Assembly (NCBI GenBank): GCA_012960465.1
Contig: DUBF01000153.1
Location: forward strand, 13,476 to 77,475
Direction of reading: 5' to 3'
DNA: 64,000 nucleotides
From: Rhodospirillales bacterium
GTDB lineage: Bacteria; Pseudomonadota; Alphaproteobacteria; Rhodospirillales; UBA2165
Shown: positions 28,401 through 39,901 of the stretch, one piece after another
How positions within the stretch are numbered: the stretch's first letter is position 1
How the letters are laid out: the number at the start of each line of letters is the position of its first letter
The notes under the pieces: model-generated
Seen by the model: the letters and a program-made list of their open reading frames with translations, nothing else
Databases searched by the model: none
What the model was told of the DNA's origin: nothing
Translations under genes and position numbers: made by a program

Positions 28401-30707
28401 CTATGCAGGATCAACGAAACTATCAATAACCTTTTTGGTTCCAGCTTTTTCGAATTCCACCTCAAGCTTATTTCCATCTAAAGACAAAATCTTTCCGTAG
28501 CCAAACTTTTGATGAAACACACGGATGCCTACTTCAAATGTACTATTACTCGGTGACGCAGAAACTGTCCATTCTTCTGCTTCAATGATGGTGCCTTCGC
28601 TGGTATGGCCCCGTTTCTGCGGCGACTCATACGATAAGGTGTCAGAGATCACATCAAAACCAGCGTCCAGAGATCCGTTTCCAAATTTAACACCAATACC
28701 AGAATTTAAACCTTGTTCAGAGATAACCTCAATATTTTCAGCTGGAAGTTCATTAACAAAACGCGACGGAAGAGAATTCTGCCATTGATTATAAATACGG
28801 CGATTGGCAGCATAGAAAATCATCGCTTCTTTTTTTGCCCGGGTGATGCCAACGTAAGCGAGCCGTCGCTCCTCTTCTAGACCGCTCAAGCCTTCTTCAT
28901 CCAAACTACGTTGATGAGGAAACAAGCCTTCCTCCCAACCAGGTAAAAAAACAGTCTCAAACTCTAATCCCTTAGCAGCGTGAAGCGTCATTAAGCTGAT
29001 CTTATCCTCAGTTTTATTTTCCTGATTCTCCATAACCAAACTAACGTGTTCCAAGAACCCCTGGAGGTTATCAAAATCCTCCAGCCCAGAAACAAGCTCT
29101 TTCAAATTCTCCAGCCTTCCCGGTGCTTCAGGCGACTTATCCCGCATCCACATCTCAGTATAGCCAGATTCGTCCAATATAATCTCAGCCAATTCAAAAT
29201 GCGGCAGAACATCAATATTAGAACGCCAACGTTGAAAATCTTGCAACAATCCACTGAGAGACGAGCGAGCCTTTGGCTTAATCTCGTCAGTTTGGATAAT
29301 CAACCGCGCTGCCTCATACATCGGCATACTTTGAGCTCGAGCCAATTGATGAATTGCCTGAACTGTAGCCTGACCGAGACCGCGCTTTGGAACATTAATA
29401 ATACGTTCAAAAGCTAAATCGTCATCCGGACTATTCACAACTCTAAGATAAGCTATTGCATCTCGCGTTTCGTGTCGTTCATAAAAACGTGGGCCTCCAA
29501 TCACACGATATGGTACTCCTAAGTTAATCATACGTTCTTCAAACTCCCGCATTTGAAAGCCGGCTCGAACAAGTATCGCCATTTCCTCCAAACTTTGACC
29601 TCTAGATTGGCGCACTTCAATTTCATCTCCAACCAAACGAGCCTCTGCCTCCCCATCCCAAACAGCATGTACTTTTACAGGGTCCCCACCATTCATACCG
29701 GTCCACAGCGTTTTCCCCAACCGTCCTTCATTATGGGAAATCAGTCCTGATGCAGCTGCTAGTATATCTGGAGTTGATCGATAGTTTTGCTCTAAACGAA
29801 TAACAGTCGCTTCCAAAAAATCTTTTCCAAATTTTAAGATATTACCCACTTCAGCGCCACGCCAAGAATAAATTGATTGGTCATCATCCCCAACACAGCA
29901 AATATTTTTATGTTCTTGCACCAATAACCGTAACCACAGATATTGTGCGACATTAGTATCTTGGTATTCGTCAACGAGTAAATAACGAAATTTTATCTGA
30001 TACTCATGCAGAACATCGATATTTTCGGTAAACAAAGTCAGACAATGCAGAAGCAGGTCACCAAAATCTACCGCATTGAGTGTTTTTAAACGTATTTGAT
30101 AATCTCGATAAAGTTCACTCAGAACACCTTCGGCAATGTCAGAACCTTCTTCGTTTAAAATTTTTTCTGGCGTTAGGCCTCGATCTTTCCAACGCTGAAT
30201 TACACCCATTAATACGCGAGCAGGCCATTTTTTTTCATCTATTTCTAGTGGCTCCATCAGCTGCTTAAGAAGGCGCAACTGATCATCTGTATCAAGAATC
30301 GTGAAGTTATGTTTTAGGCCAACAAGCTCGGCATGACGCCGCAAAATACGAGCACATAAAGCATGGAACGTACCAAGCCACCAACCTTCAACAGGCCGTC
30401 CAGTTATAATAGCAACTCGGCTCTGCATTTCACGAGCCGCTTTATTAGTGAACGTTACCGCCAGAATTTCCCACGGTCGGGCTTTACCTTCAACCAGAAT
30501 ATGGGCAAGACGTGTTGTTAAAACACGGGTCTTTCCTGTTCCCGCTCCTGCTAAAACAAGTACCGGTCCATCTAGAGCCATAACAGCCCGTGTCTGCTCA
30601 TCATTCAAGCCGTCCAAATACGGAAGCGGTTGAGTTGGTACGGCTATTAAATCGGGCATATCGGATAAATCATGTACATCTTCAGAAAGTTCAAACGGAT
30701 CTGACAT
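28401..30707 (-). CDS. uvrD: ATP-dependent DNA helicase (UvrD/PcrA/Rep family)
   Basis: GAGTGKT Walker A, LLVDEYQDTN, NYRS and TLHAAKGLEF motifs. A C-terminal ~60-aa extension ends in FHQKFGYGKILSLDGNKLEVEF. Confidence 0.9.
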   Translation of the reverse strand: MSDPFELSEDVHDLSDMPDLIAVPTQPLPYLDGLNDEQTRAVMALDGPVLVLAGAGTGKTRVLTTRLAHILVEGKARPWEILAVTFTNKAAREMQSRVAIITGRPVEGWWLGTFHALCARILRRHAELVGLKHNFTILDTDDQLRLLKQLMEPLEIDEKKWPARVLMGVIQRWKDRGLTPEKILNEEGSDIAEGVLSELYRDYQIRLKTLNAVDFGDLLLHCLTLFTENIDVLHEYQIKFRYLLVDEYQDTNVAQYLWLRLLVQEHKNICCVGDDDQSIYSWRGAEVGNILKFGKDFLEATVIRLEQNYRSTPDILAAASGLISHNEGRLGKTLWTGMNGGDPVKVHAVWDGEAEARLVGDEIEVRQSRGQSLEEMAILVRAGFQMREFEERMINLGVPYRVIGGPRFYERHETRDAIAYLRVVNSPDDDLAFERIINVPKRGLGQATVQAIHQLARAQSMPMYEAARLIIQTDEIKPKARSSLSGLLQDFQRWRSNIDVLPHFELAEIILDESGYTEMWMRDKSPEAPGRLENLKELVSGLEDFDNLQGFLEHVSLVMENQENKTEDKISLMTLHAAKGLEFETVFLPGWEEGLFPHQRSLDEEGLSGLEEERRLAYVGITRAKKEAMIFYAANRRIYNQWQNSLPSRFVNELPAENIEVISEQGLNSGIGVKFGNGSLDAGFDVISDTLSYESPQKRGHTSEGTIIEAEEWTVSASPSNSTFEVGIRVFHQKFGYGKILSLDGNKLEVEFEKAGTKKVIDSFVDPA

Positions 30708-30842
30708 GTAATTATTATAACATTATTTAAGTTGTGAACCAGCTAATCACGAGGGAGACCACATAAATTTTCTAATAAATTTATATTTAGAAACTTTAGT
30801 ATGAATTAGATATTAGTTTTGGACCAAATCAAGAATGCGGGT

Positions 30843-32624
30843 TCAAGGGACCCCTTCATGTTCTTCATGGCGTACTTTAAGCAACGCTTTGTTATAAGCT
30901 GACATCACTTCCGTTTCATATAATGTACCAATAAATTTCATCGTCTCATGATCCTCAACTACAGCAACAAAATGTTCCCCACTATCACGCATTACTTTAT
31001 TTGCTTTTTCCAAATCATCACCTTGAACAAGAAATGGAGGATGTAAGCGTGCTACATCCCCCGCATTAATAAGGTTATCAACATCGTGATCAAAAGCAAC
31101 ATCGCTAAGGTCAGCTAAAGTAATTGTACCAAACAATTCATCATTCTTGCGAAGTACAAATAGCTCGCCAGTTTCAGAGAATTGTAATTTATGGCGTAAA
31201 TCTTGAAGACCTGTACCAACACTGACGGTTTCAGCATTTTTATCTACTAGTTGACGCACCTTAATACTTCGAAGCAACGTAGTCTCAAAACCACCTTTAA
31301 GATCCAAACCCGCGCGCTCTAACTGCCAACTAAAAAATGATTTCCCAAGAAATTGTTGTGCAACGACATTCGAGATCACAACCCCAATCATTACAGCAAT
31401 TGTTAATGGATAGTCATCGGTTAACTCAAATACTATCAATGTTGTTGAAATAGGTGCCCCTAGAACGGCAGCTGAAACGGCACCCATTCCAATTATGGTA
31501 TAAGCTCCAGGACCAGAGGATAACTCAGGAAATATACCAGTAACAACCATACCGTAGGAACCCCCAAGCATTGCTCCAATCATCAGAGATGGTGTAAATA
31601 CACCGCCCCCAAATCCGCTACCAATACAAATTGACGTTGCCAGAATTTTCATGAATATCAGCGATACCATTAAATAAAGTGGCAACTGAATATTAAGTGC
31701 TAAATCTGTTGCATCATAGCCAACGCCAAGCACATGTGGAAAAACGAGTGCTATCAAACCAATGAGAAAACCTCCAATAGCGGGGTTTATCCATTGAGGA
31801 CCAGGCACTTTACTCATAACGTCTTCGGTTTTCATTGCAGTACGCATAAAAATAATAGCCACAAATCCACCAGCAATCCCTAGACCAACGACAGCCGGAA
31901 ATTCCCAGAATGAGGCCAGAGATTGCTCTGTAATCCCAAAAGCAGGAACATCACCAAAATAAATCCTCGAAACAATTGTGCCTACAACACTGGCGATAAC
32001 AATCGGTGTGAAAGCACTCATAGCAAAATGCCCAACGATAACTTCATGTGCAAATAATGCACCGGCTATTGGAGCATTAAAGGAAGCGGCTACGGCTGCT
32101 GCAGCCCCACAACCAAGCAAAGCCCGCGACAGTGAACGAGTTAGATGAAGTGTTCTTGCAAACCAAGCACCAACGGTTGCTCCTAAATGAATAGCTGGTC
32201 CCTCCCGGCCGACCGAGCCGCCAACCCCAATTGAGATTGAACTGGCAATCGCAGCTCCAATTCCAGCTCTGAAACTCATACGCCCTCCCTGTAATGCACT
32301 AGCTTCAATTACCTTCGCAACACTCAGTGGTTTTTGTCCTGGAATACAATAGTATATGAAGAGCCCAACCATCAGGCCACCAATTGCAGGCGTGAAGAGG
32401 GTTTGCCACCAGGGGAGAGCGAAAACAATTGAAATTAGATTCTCTGATGTACCTCCAAGAGTTAAACCTTGAATCAAATCAATCAATTCTCGAATAGCGA
32501 TGACGCCGCCACCTGCTGCTGCTCCAACAAACACAGCCAAAATGGATAATATCAGTTGATCGTTCCTAACAATACGCCGCAGCCGCATTAGAATGCGGTT
32601 CAGCCTGGTACGGGAGCTAGCCAT
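30843..32624 (-). CDS. ClC-family voltage-gated chloride channel with C-terminal CBS pair
   Basis: GSVGREGP and GVFTPS selectivity-filter motifs with a polytopic body, followed by two CBS-like repeats. I took the start at MASSRTRLN (32624). Confidence 0.9.
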   Translation of the reverse strand: MASSRTRLNRILMRLRRIVRNDQLILSILAVFVGAAAGGGVIAIRELIDLIQGLTLGGTSENLISIVFALPWWQTLFTPAIGGLMVGLFIYYCIPGQKPLSVAKVIEASALQGGRMSFRAGIGAAIASSISIGVGGSVGREGPAIHLGATVGAWFARTLHLTRSLSRALLGCGAAAAVAASFNAPIAGALFAHEVIVGHFAMSAFTPIVIASVVGTIVSRIYFGDVPAFGITEQSLASFWEFPAVVGLGIAGGFVAIIFMRTAMKTEDVMSKVPGPQWINPAIGGFLIGLIALVFPHVLGVGYDATDLALNIQLPLYLMVSLIFMKILATSICIGSGFGGGVFTPSLMIGAMLGGSYGMVVTGIFPELSSGPGAYTIIGMGAVSAAVLGAPISTTLIVFELTDDYPLTIAVMIGVVISNVVAQQFLGKSFFSWQLERAGLDLKGGFETTLLRSIKVRQLVDKNAETVSVGTGLQDLRHKLQFSETGELFVLRKNDELFGTITLADLSDVAFDHDVDNLINAGDVARLHPPFLVQGDDLEKANKVMRDSGEHFVAVVEDHETMKFIGTLYETEVMSAYNKALLKVRHEEHEGVP

Positions 32625-33003
32625 GATCTTACACTTATACAAAAATTTATAACTAGCTAAGAACTATACCTTTTTTGCGATAAGAGCTACAAAGAATACA
32701 GCTAATTTCCATTTGACAAGAAAATATTCTAATCGGACTGAAGTATTTTTATTTATGAAGTACATAATTTTTTATTTGAAAATAAACGCCAGAAGCGTGA
32801 GACTTCCACTACTATATTTTTATTTAATTATTAAGGTTGGAATTGTTAGGCTGTTAAAAGCTTTTATACCATGAACGCATCACCATTAACTTATTTATAG
32901 GTTATCAAATTATACGGCTTTAACTGGAGATATGGATGTGAGTAGAAAATTCACCGAAATAACCGTTTATTTAAAACAGACTCAGGAATAAAAATAATCG
33001 CTT

Positions 33004-36000
33004 TTAGCGAGTATAGCTCAAATTAGTCGCAAGCCACTTTTCGGCCTGCTCAAGCGAAATTCTCCGACGTTCAGCGTAGTCTAAAACTTGATCTTTACCG
33101 ATTTTACCAATACCGAAATATTGGGATGAGGGATGCGAAAAATAATAGCCGGATACCGATGACGAAGGTATCATGGCATAGCTTTCAGTTAGATCAATAG
33201 ATGCTTTTTCAGATGCCTCCAAAAGATCAAATAATTGGGGCTTAGAACTGTGATCAGGACAGGATGGATAACCGGGAGCCGGCCGTATTCCAACATACTC
33301 TTCTTTGATCATCTGTTCATTTGTTAAATTCTCATCTTTCTGATATCCCCAGAACTCTTTACGTACCCGTTCATGCATTCTTTCAGCAAAAGCTTCCGCC
33401 AACCGATCGGCTAATGCTTTTAATAGAATTTCGCTATAATCGTCATAAACATCAAGAAACTCTTTTAGTTTTTTCTCAATATTGTTACCAGAAGTGACGG
33501 CAAAACCGCCAATATAATCAGCAACACCTAAATTCTTAGGGGCAATAAAATCAGCAAGACAGAAATTTGGTCGGCCCGAGGCTTTACTCATCTGCTGTCT
33601 AACAAATGGTATAACTGTTCGGACAGCACTACGACCTTCGTCAACATAAACCTCAACATCATCGTCCACAGAATTCGCGGGGAAAAATCCAATCACACCG
33701 TCGGCCGTTAACCATTTTTCTTTAAGCAAACGTGCTAGCATAGCTTGCGCATCATTGAATAAGGATCTAGCAGCATCGCCCACAACATCGTCTTTCAGGA
33801 TTTTTGGGTAATTCCCCGCTAATTCCCACGTACGGAAAAACGGTGTCCAATCTATATGCGATATTAAATCAACTAAATCGTAATTCTTAAACTCCTTTAC
33901 ACCCAAAAAGCTTGGTACGGGCGGAGAAACTTTTGACCATTTAATAACGTGGGCGGCCTTACGTGCCTCCTTAAGTGTAATGAGATTTTTTTTGCGCTCG
34001 CGTCCATCATATTCTGTCCGAACGGCTTGATACTCATTATTAATTTTCCCGATATAATCATCCTTTAAAGTTGCACTAAAAAGTTGACTGGCAACACCAA
34101 CTGCACGTGATGCGTCGGTTACATATATTGTAGCACCTTTATAATTTGGCGCGATTTTAACTGCAGTATGAACTTTGGATGTTGTTGCTCCTCCAATTAG
34201 TAAGGGAATTTTAAAGCTGTCCCTAGAAAGTTCCTCAGCAACGGAAACCATTTCCTCCAATGAGGGTGTAATCAATCCTGAGAGCCCAATTATATCAACA
34301 CTCTCGCGCTTTGCGACTTCCATAATTTTTTCGTAAGGCACCATTACGCCCAAATCAATTACGTCATAGTTATTACACTGCAAAACAATACCAACGATAT
34401 TCTTACCAATGTCATGTACATCACCCTTGACCGTCGCAAGTAATATTTTTCCCTTAGCCTTAGCGGCCGTCTTTCCTCCAATTTCTTTTTCAGCCTCGAT
34501 AAATGGAGTTAAATGAGCGACGGCCTGTTTCATAACGCGGGCAGACTTAACCACCTGGGGTAAGAACATTTGCCCCGACCCAAATAAATCACCAACAATA
34601 TTCATTCCGTCCATTAAAGGACCTTCAATGACATGTATGGGTTTTTGAGCATGCTTACGAGCCTCTTCAGTATCTTCAACAATATACTCGGAAATTCCTT
34701 TGACCAAAGCATGAGCCATACGGTCACCAACGGTACCTTCGCGCCAAGACAAATCCTCAGTCTTATTTCTAGCCTGACCTTCTATCTGATTAGCAACTTC
34801 TAATAACCTTTCCGTCGCATCTTCCCGGCGATTTAAAATTACATCTTCAATACGATCCCGAAGGTTTCTCTTAATTTCTGAATAGACTGCAAGCTGGCCA
34901 GCATTAACGATACCCATGTCCATTCCTGCGTTAACCGCATGGTATAAGAAAACCGCATGCATTGCCTCGCGCAATGCATTATTACCTCGAAATGAAAACG
35001 AAACATTACTTACACCACCACTTATATTGGCAAACGGAAGGTTATCTTTAATGTAAGAAACTGCATCAATATAGGCTTTTGAGAAGTTCCGATGCTCTTC
35101 TATACCGGTTGCAACTGGAAAAATATTTGGATCAAAGATTATATCTTGCGGCTGGTATCCAACCTCTTCAGTTAGGATGCGATATGACTCTGTACAGATC
35201 TCTATCATACGCTGATAGGTGTCGGCTTGTCCCTGCTCATCAAACGCCATGATAATTGCGGCTGCACCATAATAAAGTAGTTCTTGAGCCTGAGCCTTAA
35301 AGACAGATTTACCTTCTTTAAGACTAATTGAATTTACAATACTTTTTCCTTGGACGCATTTGAGACCCGCTTCAATGACGGTCCACTTGGAACTATCGAT
35401 CATAATTGGTATACGACAAATATCGGGTTCAGATGCTATCAGTTTTAAGAAACGCTCCATCGCCGCCTCAGCATCAAGCATTGCCTCGTCCATATTTACG
35501 TCAATAATCTGAGCGCCATGCTCAACTTGACGGCGCGCTATATCAAGCGCGGTGTCATAATCTTCCTCAAGTATCAATTCCTTAAATCGCATAGATCCCG
35601 CCACGTTAGTGCGCTCACCCACATTTATAAAACCGGTAACCTCGTTAATATTGAGGGGTTCTAATCCACTAAGACGCCCATGGACTGGGATTCTGGGAAT
35701 GTCACGAGGCGCTGATTTCCCAACACACTCTGAAATCGCTCTTATATGCTCTGGCGTAGTTCCACAACACCCGCCTACAACATTTAAAAAACCATGATCA
35801 GCAAACTCACGCAATTTTTCAGCCATGTAATCTGGACCATCATCATATCCGCCAAATGCATTGGGAAGACCTGCATTTGGATGTAAACTGACATAGGTAG
35901 GTGCAATACGAGAAAGTGCTTGAATATGCGGCCTTAAATCTAAAGCCCCCAAGGCACAGTTTAGTCCAACAATAAGCGGCTTAGCATGGGAAACAGAATT

Positions 36001-36717
36001 CCAAAAAGCTTCAGGTGTCTGTCCGGTTAAAGTTCGACCAGAGGCATCAGTGATTGTTCCAGAAATCATTAGCGGGATATCGATGTTGTACTCCACCTGA
36101 AATTTCATTACCGCATAGAGAGCTGCCTTGGCGTTAAGTGTATCAAATATGGTTTCAACCATTAAAATATCGGCACCGCCATTAATGAGGGCTTCCGTTG
36201 CTTGGGTATAAGCACCCACCAACTCATCAAATGAGATATTACGATAACCTGGATCATTTACATCGGGCGATATTGAAGCTGTTCGGTTAGTAGGACCTAA
36301 GATACCCGCAACATAAACTGGCCTACTTACCGCGTTAACTGCCTTTTTTGCTATCCGTGCTGCTTCAAAATTTAATTCAAAAACAACATCCTCCATTCCA
36401 TAATCGGCTTGAGAAATGATTGTTGAATTAAACGTATTTGTTTCAATTATGTCTGCACCAGCCTCAATGTAAGCGTCATGTATTTGACGGACAATCTCTG
36501 GCTGGGTTAGCGTTAATAAATCATTATTCCCTTTTTGGTCAAAGCCATGGTCTTGAAAACGTTTCCCCCTGTATTCGTTCTCATTTAATTCATAACCCTG
36601 AATCATAGTGCCAGTTGCTCCATCTAACACAATGATGCGCTGATCAAGAAGTGCTATAAGTTCTGAGCGTTTTGAGACGTAATTCTTAGTCATCGATATT
36701 AGCTGATCTGATGCCAA
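33004..36717 (-). CDS. metH: cobalamin-dependent methionine synthase
   Basis: 1237 aa with Hcy-binding, pterin-binding, B12-binding ([11 protein letters not shown]) and AdoMet-activation domains in order. An alternative start MTKNY at 36693 would shorten the overlap with metF. Confidence 0.95.
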   Translation of the reverse strand: MASDQLISMTKNYVSKRSELIALLDQRIIVLDGATGTMIQGYELNENEYRGKRFQDHGFDQKGNNDLLTLTQPEIVRQIHDAYIEAGADIIETNTFNSTIISQADYGMEDVVFELNFEAARIAKKAVNAVSRPVYVAGILGPTNRTASISPDVNDPGYRNISFDELVGAYTQATEALINGGADILMVETIFDTLNAKAALYAVMKFQVEYNIDIPLMISGTITDASGRTLTGQTPEAFWNSVSHAKPLIVGLNCALGALDLRPHIQALSRIAPTYVSLHPNAGLPNAFGGYDDGPDYMAEKLREFADHGFLNVVGGCCGTTPEHIRAISECVGKSAPRDIPRIPVHGRLSGLEPLNINEVTGFINVGERTNVAGSMRFKELILEEDYDTALDIARRQVEHGAQIIDVNMDEAMLDAEAAMERFLKLIASEPDICRIPIMIDSSKWTVIEAGLKCVQGKSIVNSISLKEGKSVFKAQAQELLYYGAAAIIMAFDEQGQADTYQRMIEICTESYRILTEEVGYQPQDIIFDPNIFPVATGIEEHRNFSKAYIDAVSYIKDNLPFANISGGVSNVSFSFRGNNALREAMHAVFLYHAVNAGMDMGIVNAGQLAVYSEIKRNLRDRIEDVILNRREDATERLLEVANQIEGQARNKTEDLSWREGTVGDRMAHALVKGISEYIVEDTEEARKHAQKPIHVIEGPLMDGMNIVGDLFGSGQMFLPQVVKSARVMKQAVAHLTPFIEAEKEIGGKTAAKAKGKILLATVKGDVHDIGKNIVGIVLQCNNYDVIDLGVMVPYEKIMEVAKRESVDIIGLSGLITPSLEEMVSVAEELSRDSFKIPLLIGGATTSKVHTAVKIAPNYKGATIYVTDASRAVGVASQLFSATLKDDYIGKINNEYQAVRTEYDGRERKKNLITLKEARKAAHVIKWSKVSPPVPSFLGVKEFKNYDLVDLISHIDWTPFFRTWELAGNYPKILKDDVVGDAARSLFNDAQAMLARLLKEKWLTADGVIGFFPANSVDDDVEVYVDEGRSAVRTVIPFVRQQMSKASGRPNFCLADFIAPKNLGVADYIGGFAVTSGNNIEKKLKEFLDVYDDYSEILLKALADRLAEAFAERMHERVRKEFWGYQKDENLTNEQMIKEEYVGIRPAPGYPSCPDHSSKPQLFDLLEASEKASIDLTESYAMIPSSSVSGYYFSHPSSQYFGIGKIGKDQVLDYAERRRISLEQAEKWLATNLSYTR

Positions 36718-37591
36718 GGATATGACAAATCGCGTAAACCAGATCGGATTGGTTCAACGTATAAAAATGAAACTTGTTAATCCCTTCTGATTGTAAAACG
36801 CGACAATGTTCTGCAACAACTGTTGCTGCAACTAACCTCCTAGTAGCAGGATCGTCATTTAACCCAGCAAATAAATCTGCCATCCAGCCTGGGACGTGTG
36901 CACCACAAATTTTAGCAAACTTAAGAACCTGTTTATAATTTGTAACGGGTAAGATGCCAGGGATAATAGGCACATTTATACCCGCAGCCACGGCACGATC
37001 TCTAAAATTTAAATATGTTTCAGCTTCAAAATAAAACTGCGTAATTGCCCGGCTCGCACCGGCATCTATCTTTCGTTTGAGATTATCAAGATCGGCTTTA
37101 GCTGATTGAGCCTCTGGATGCACTTCAGGGTAAGCCGCGACAGTAATGTCAAAATTTGCGATCCTTTTCAGTGCCGCCACTAGATCTGCAGCATAAGTGT
37201 AACCGTTGATCTCGGTTTCATAAATTGTCTTATCCTTTATAGGATCGCCCCTCAAGGCAACAATATGACGAACACCCTCGGACCAATAATTTCTAGCAAC
37301 TGCATTCACCTCCGATTTAGAAGCGGCAACGCAAGTAAGATGAGCCGCCGCGGAAATACCTTTTCTATTTTGAATTTGGCTTACAATATCATGTGTACGT
37401 TCACGAGTAGATCCTCCAGCACCATACGTTACAGAAATAAAATCTGGTGATAATGGTGCTAGTCTGTCGATAGATTGCCATAATGATTGCTCCATTTTTT
37501 TCGTATTAGGCGGAAAAAACTCAAAGGAAACCCCAACTGTTCCTGAGAGGGGCCGAGCAATAGGCATCGTTAGTTTTTTAGTATTATTCAT
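36686..37591 (-). CDS. metF: methylenetetrahydrofolate reductase
   Basis: 301 aa. [17 protein letters not shown] and HFYTLN motifs are present. Confidence 0.95.
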   Translation of the reverse strand: MNNTKKLTMPIARPLSGTVGVSFEFFPPNTKKMEQSLWQSIDRLAPLSPDFISVTYGAGGSTRERTHDIVSQIQNRKGISAAAHLTCVAASKSEVNAVARNYWSEGVRHIVALRGDPIKDKTIYETEINGYTYAADLVAALKRIANFDITVAAYPEVHPEAQSAKADLDNLKRKIDAGASRAITQFYFEAETYLNFRDRAVAAGINVPIIPGILPVTNYKQVLKFAKICGAHVPGWMADLFAGLNDDPATRRLVAATVVAEHCRVLQSEGINKFHFYTLNQSDLVYAICHILGIRSANIDD

Positions 37592-37596
37592 TATAT

Positions 37597-38541
37597 TTAC
37601 TGTTTAAACTGTTTAATGCCGACCCAAATTCCAATTGTAAGTTGGCAACCAGGAAGATGGGTTGGTGGTGTAAATTTTAAACCATTTCGTTGAAACCAAT
37701 GAACAAACTCACCGTCTGAAAAACCCAAGCGGGAATGATGAAAGATTTCCCGCAGTTCCAACATCTTGTGAGCTAAAAAATCAACGATTATAAGCCTACC
37801 TCCTGGCCGAAGGACGCGGGCTGATTCAGCGATAGCTCTGCTAGGCTCATTGGCAAAATGTAAAACCTGGTGAATGCAGACGACATCATACTCATCATCG
37901 GGAAACTTTAGTCGGTACATATCACCTTGACGGATTGAATAGTTCTTAAGTCCTGTTTTTTCTATGTTTACCCGAGCAACTGCCAACATTTCACGGGAGA
38001 GATCAATGCCTACTACTTTTTCTGCATGGGTTCCCGCTAATTCCAACATTCGACCGGTTCCCGTCCCTACATCAAGAAATTTACTCACGGAATCTTCTTT
38101 GAATATAGAATCAACAACTTGTTCAACGTTATTCTCCTCAACATGTAGCCTTCTAATTTGGTCCCATTGTGCTGCACTAAACCTAAAATAATCTGCCGCA
38201 GATTTATTTCGCTCTGCTTGAACACTGCTCAGACGTATATGATCACGGGCTACCACTGGATCATTCTTTGGTAATGAGTTTAAGATTTTTTGGGCAATGG
38301 CAGCGGCCTCTGTTTCAGATGTAATTCGATACAACATCCAACTACCCTCGCGGATTTTTTGCAATAAACCAGCATCACATAGAATCTTGAGATGACGTGA
38401 CACCCTTGGCTGCGATTGACCTAAAATATAAACAAGCTCACTGACGCTAAATTCGCCTTGGTTACATAGGACCAATAAACGCAACCGACTTGGCTCGGCT
38501 AAGGCTTTTAGTATTTTTACAAGTATATCCATGTCATTCAT
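37597..38541 (-). CDS. sahR: ArsR-family HTH fused to a SAM-methyltransferase-like domain (SahR-type regulator of the methionine/SAM cycle)
   Basis: N-terminal ILKALAEPSRLRLLVLCNQGEFSVSELVYILGQSQPRVSRHLKIL (ArsR HTH) and C-terminal LDVGTGTGRMLE (MTase motif I). It sits directly upstream of metF-metH in the same orientation. I took the start at MNDMDIL (38541). Confidence 0.65.
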   Translation of the reverse strand: MNDMDILVKILKALAEPSRLRLLVLCNQGEFSVSELVYILGQSQPRVSRHLKILCDAGLLQKIREGSWMLYRITSETEAAAIAQKILNSLPKNDPVVARDHIRLSSVQAERNKSAADYFRFSAAQWDQIRRLHVEENNVEQVVDSIFKEDSVSKFLDVGTGTGRMLELAGTHAEKVVGIDLSREMLAVARVNIEKTGLKNYSIRQGDMYRLKFPDDEYDVVCIHQVLHFANEPSRAIAESARVLRPGGRLIIVDFLAHKMLELREIFHHSRLGFSDGEFVHWFQRNGLKFTPPTHLPGCQLTIGIWVGIKQFKQ

Positions 38542-39008
38542 ATATAAAAAAATATATAACGATATAAACATATACTTATACTATGCCAAGACATTTAATT
38601 TAAAACAGACTAAACGAATTACTTCTGTTAATAGATAATTTCTTTAGCCCACATAAAATACTCATCCACATTAATTTAACTCAACAGATATTAGAGCTAT
38701 CCTCAAATACCTAAAAATGGTTATTAAAAACCTGGGAGCCTAGTATTCTTTTGATAAACTGTTGATAATTTAGTTGTAAATATACAACATATTTTAATAA
38801 CTAAAAAAAAACCAAAATAAATATGCCATTTTTTGCAAACAAACTCTATTTTGTCTTTCCTTGTTGATTTAAATTAAAGTAGAATTAAGTAAGATTATAT
38901 TAATCCATTTGAAAGATTATCCACCAAGATATAGCGTGATTGAAGAATAATACACCTGAGGGTGGGAGATTAGGTTACCTGTCTAAATATAAGGGTTTAG
39001 TTTAATAC

Positions 39009-39046
39009 AACTGTTGTTTAAATATTTAACTGTTGTATAAATATTG
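39009..39046. repeat. tandem 19-bp direct repeat (17/19 identical) just upstream of mlaA
   Basis: AACTGTTGTTTAAATATTT at 39009-39027 is followed by AACTGTTGTATAAATATTG at 39028-39046. The repeat ends 27 nt before the mlaA start. Confidence 0.6.
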
Positions 39047-39073
39047 AAGCAGCCTTAAGGGATATGTAGAGCA

Positions 39074-39898
39074 TTGCGTGGAAATCAAACCTCCTTCATA
39101 AAAGCTATGGTGTTACTGTTTATCGTTGTTACGATGGCGAGTTGCTCATCGGTGCCCGCGAATGACCAAGAGGCGTTGACAGAATTAAAAAAAATCAACG
39201 ACCCCATAGAGCCAACAAACAGGTTCATTTTTAATTTCAATCAGGGTTTGGATGCGGCTATTATTAAACCAATTACCGGTCTATATCGAGGGATTTTCCC
39301 TAGTATTATACGTGACAGCATTCATAATTTCATGAACAACATCAAGACGCCAGTCGTATTGGCGAATGACGTGTTACAAGGTGAACCAGAGCGAGCCGGA
39401 AATACTATGATGCGCTTTATAATCAATTCCAGTGTAGGTATAGCTGGACTTCGTGACCAGGCCACCAACTGGGGTTTTGAGGACCATGATGAAGATTTTG
39501 GCCAAACGCTAGCTGTTTGGGGTGTTGGTGAAGGACCTTATCTAATGTTACCAGTTTTAGGCCCCTCTAATCCCAGAGATGCAATCGGTAAACTTGTCGA
39601 TAACCTAATCGACCCTATTAATTTATGGGCAGATAATGATGACAGAGAGTGGGTGCCAATAACTCGTACCGCCGTTAACGGCCTTGATACGCGTGATCGG
39701 CTGTGGGATATATTAAATGATCTCGAAAAATCATCAATTGATTACTATGCGGCTATCCGCAGTCTCTATCGTCAACGAAGAAATGACGATATTTCGAATG
39801 GCTCAGGATCTAAAAATAATAAAACTCCGAACCTCGCAGAGACAACTGTTATAAACGATCCTCTTGACGAGCCGCAAATCAGTGCCGTCGGACCTTAA
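39074..39898 (+). CDS. mlaA: MlaA/VacJ family outer-membrane lipoprotein
   Basis: Lipobox VVTMASC and the VacJ signature NRFIFNFNQGLDAAIIKPITGLY. The listed start is TTG; an alternative ATG lies at 39107. Confidence 0.85.
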   Translation: MRGNQTSFIKAMVLLFIVVTMASCSSVPANDQEALTELKKINDPIEPTNRFIFNFNQGLDAAIIKPITGLYRGIFPSIIRDSIHNFMNNIKTPVVLANDVLQGEPERAGNTMMRFIINSSVGIAGLRDQATNWGFEDHDEDFGQTLAVWGVGEGPYLMLPVLGPSNPRDAIGKLVDNLIDPINLWADNDDREWVPITRTAVNGLDTRDRLWDILNDLEKSSIDYYAAIRSLYRQRRNDDISNGSGSKNNKTPNLAETTVINDPLDEPQISAVGP

Positions 39899-39901
39899 AA
39901 A

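Noticed and set aside
32643-33003. I looked for a fluoride (crcB-motif) riboswitch upstream of the ClC channel, and for a terminator after metH
   Set aside because: I could not find the conserved riboswitch elements or a convincing stem-loop with a T-tract. The channel carries CBS domains and looks like an ordinary ClC rather than the fluoride-specific type.
38542-38800. I looked for a SAM-II/SAM-V or cobalamin riboswitch in the leader of the sahR-metF-metH operon
   Set aside because: I saw no pseudoknot-forming conserved core. The region is almost pure A/T, and regulation by the adjacent SahR-type protein is the simpler explanation.
39011-39037. Two CTGTTGT heptamers resembling Pho-box half-sites (phoB is nearby)
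   Set aside because: Their period is 19 bp rather than the 11 bp of PhoB direct repeats, and they deviate from CTGTCAT. I reported them only as an unexplained tandem repeat.
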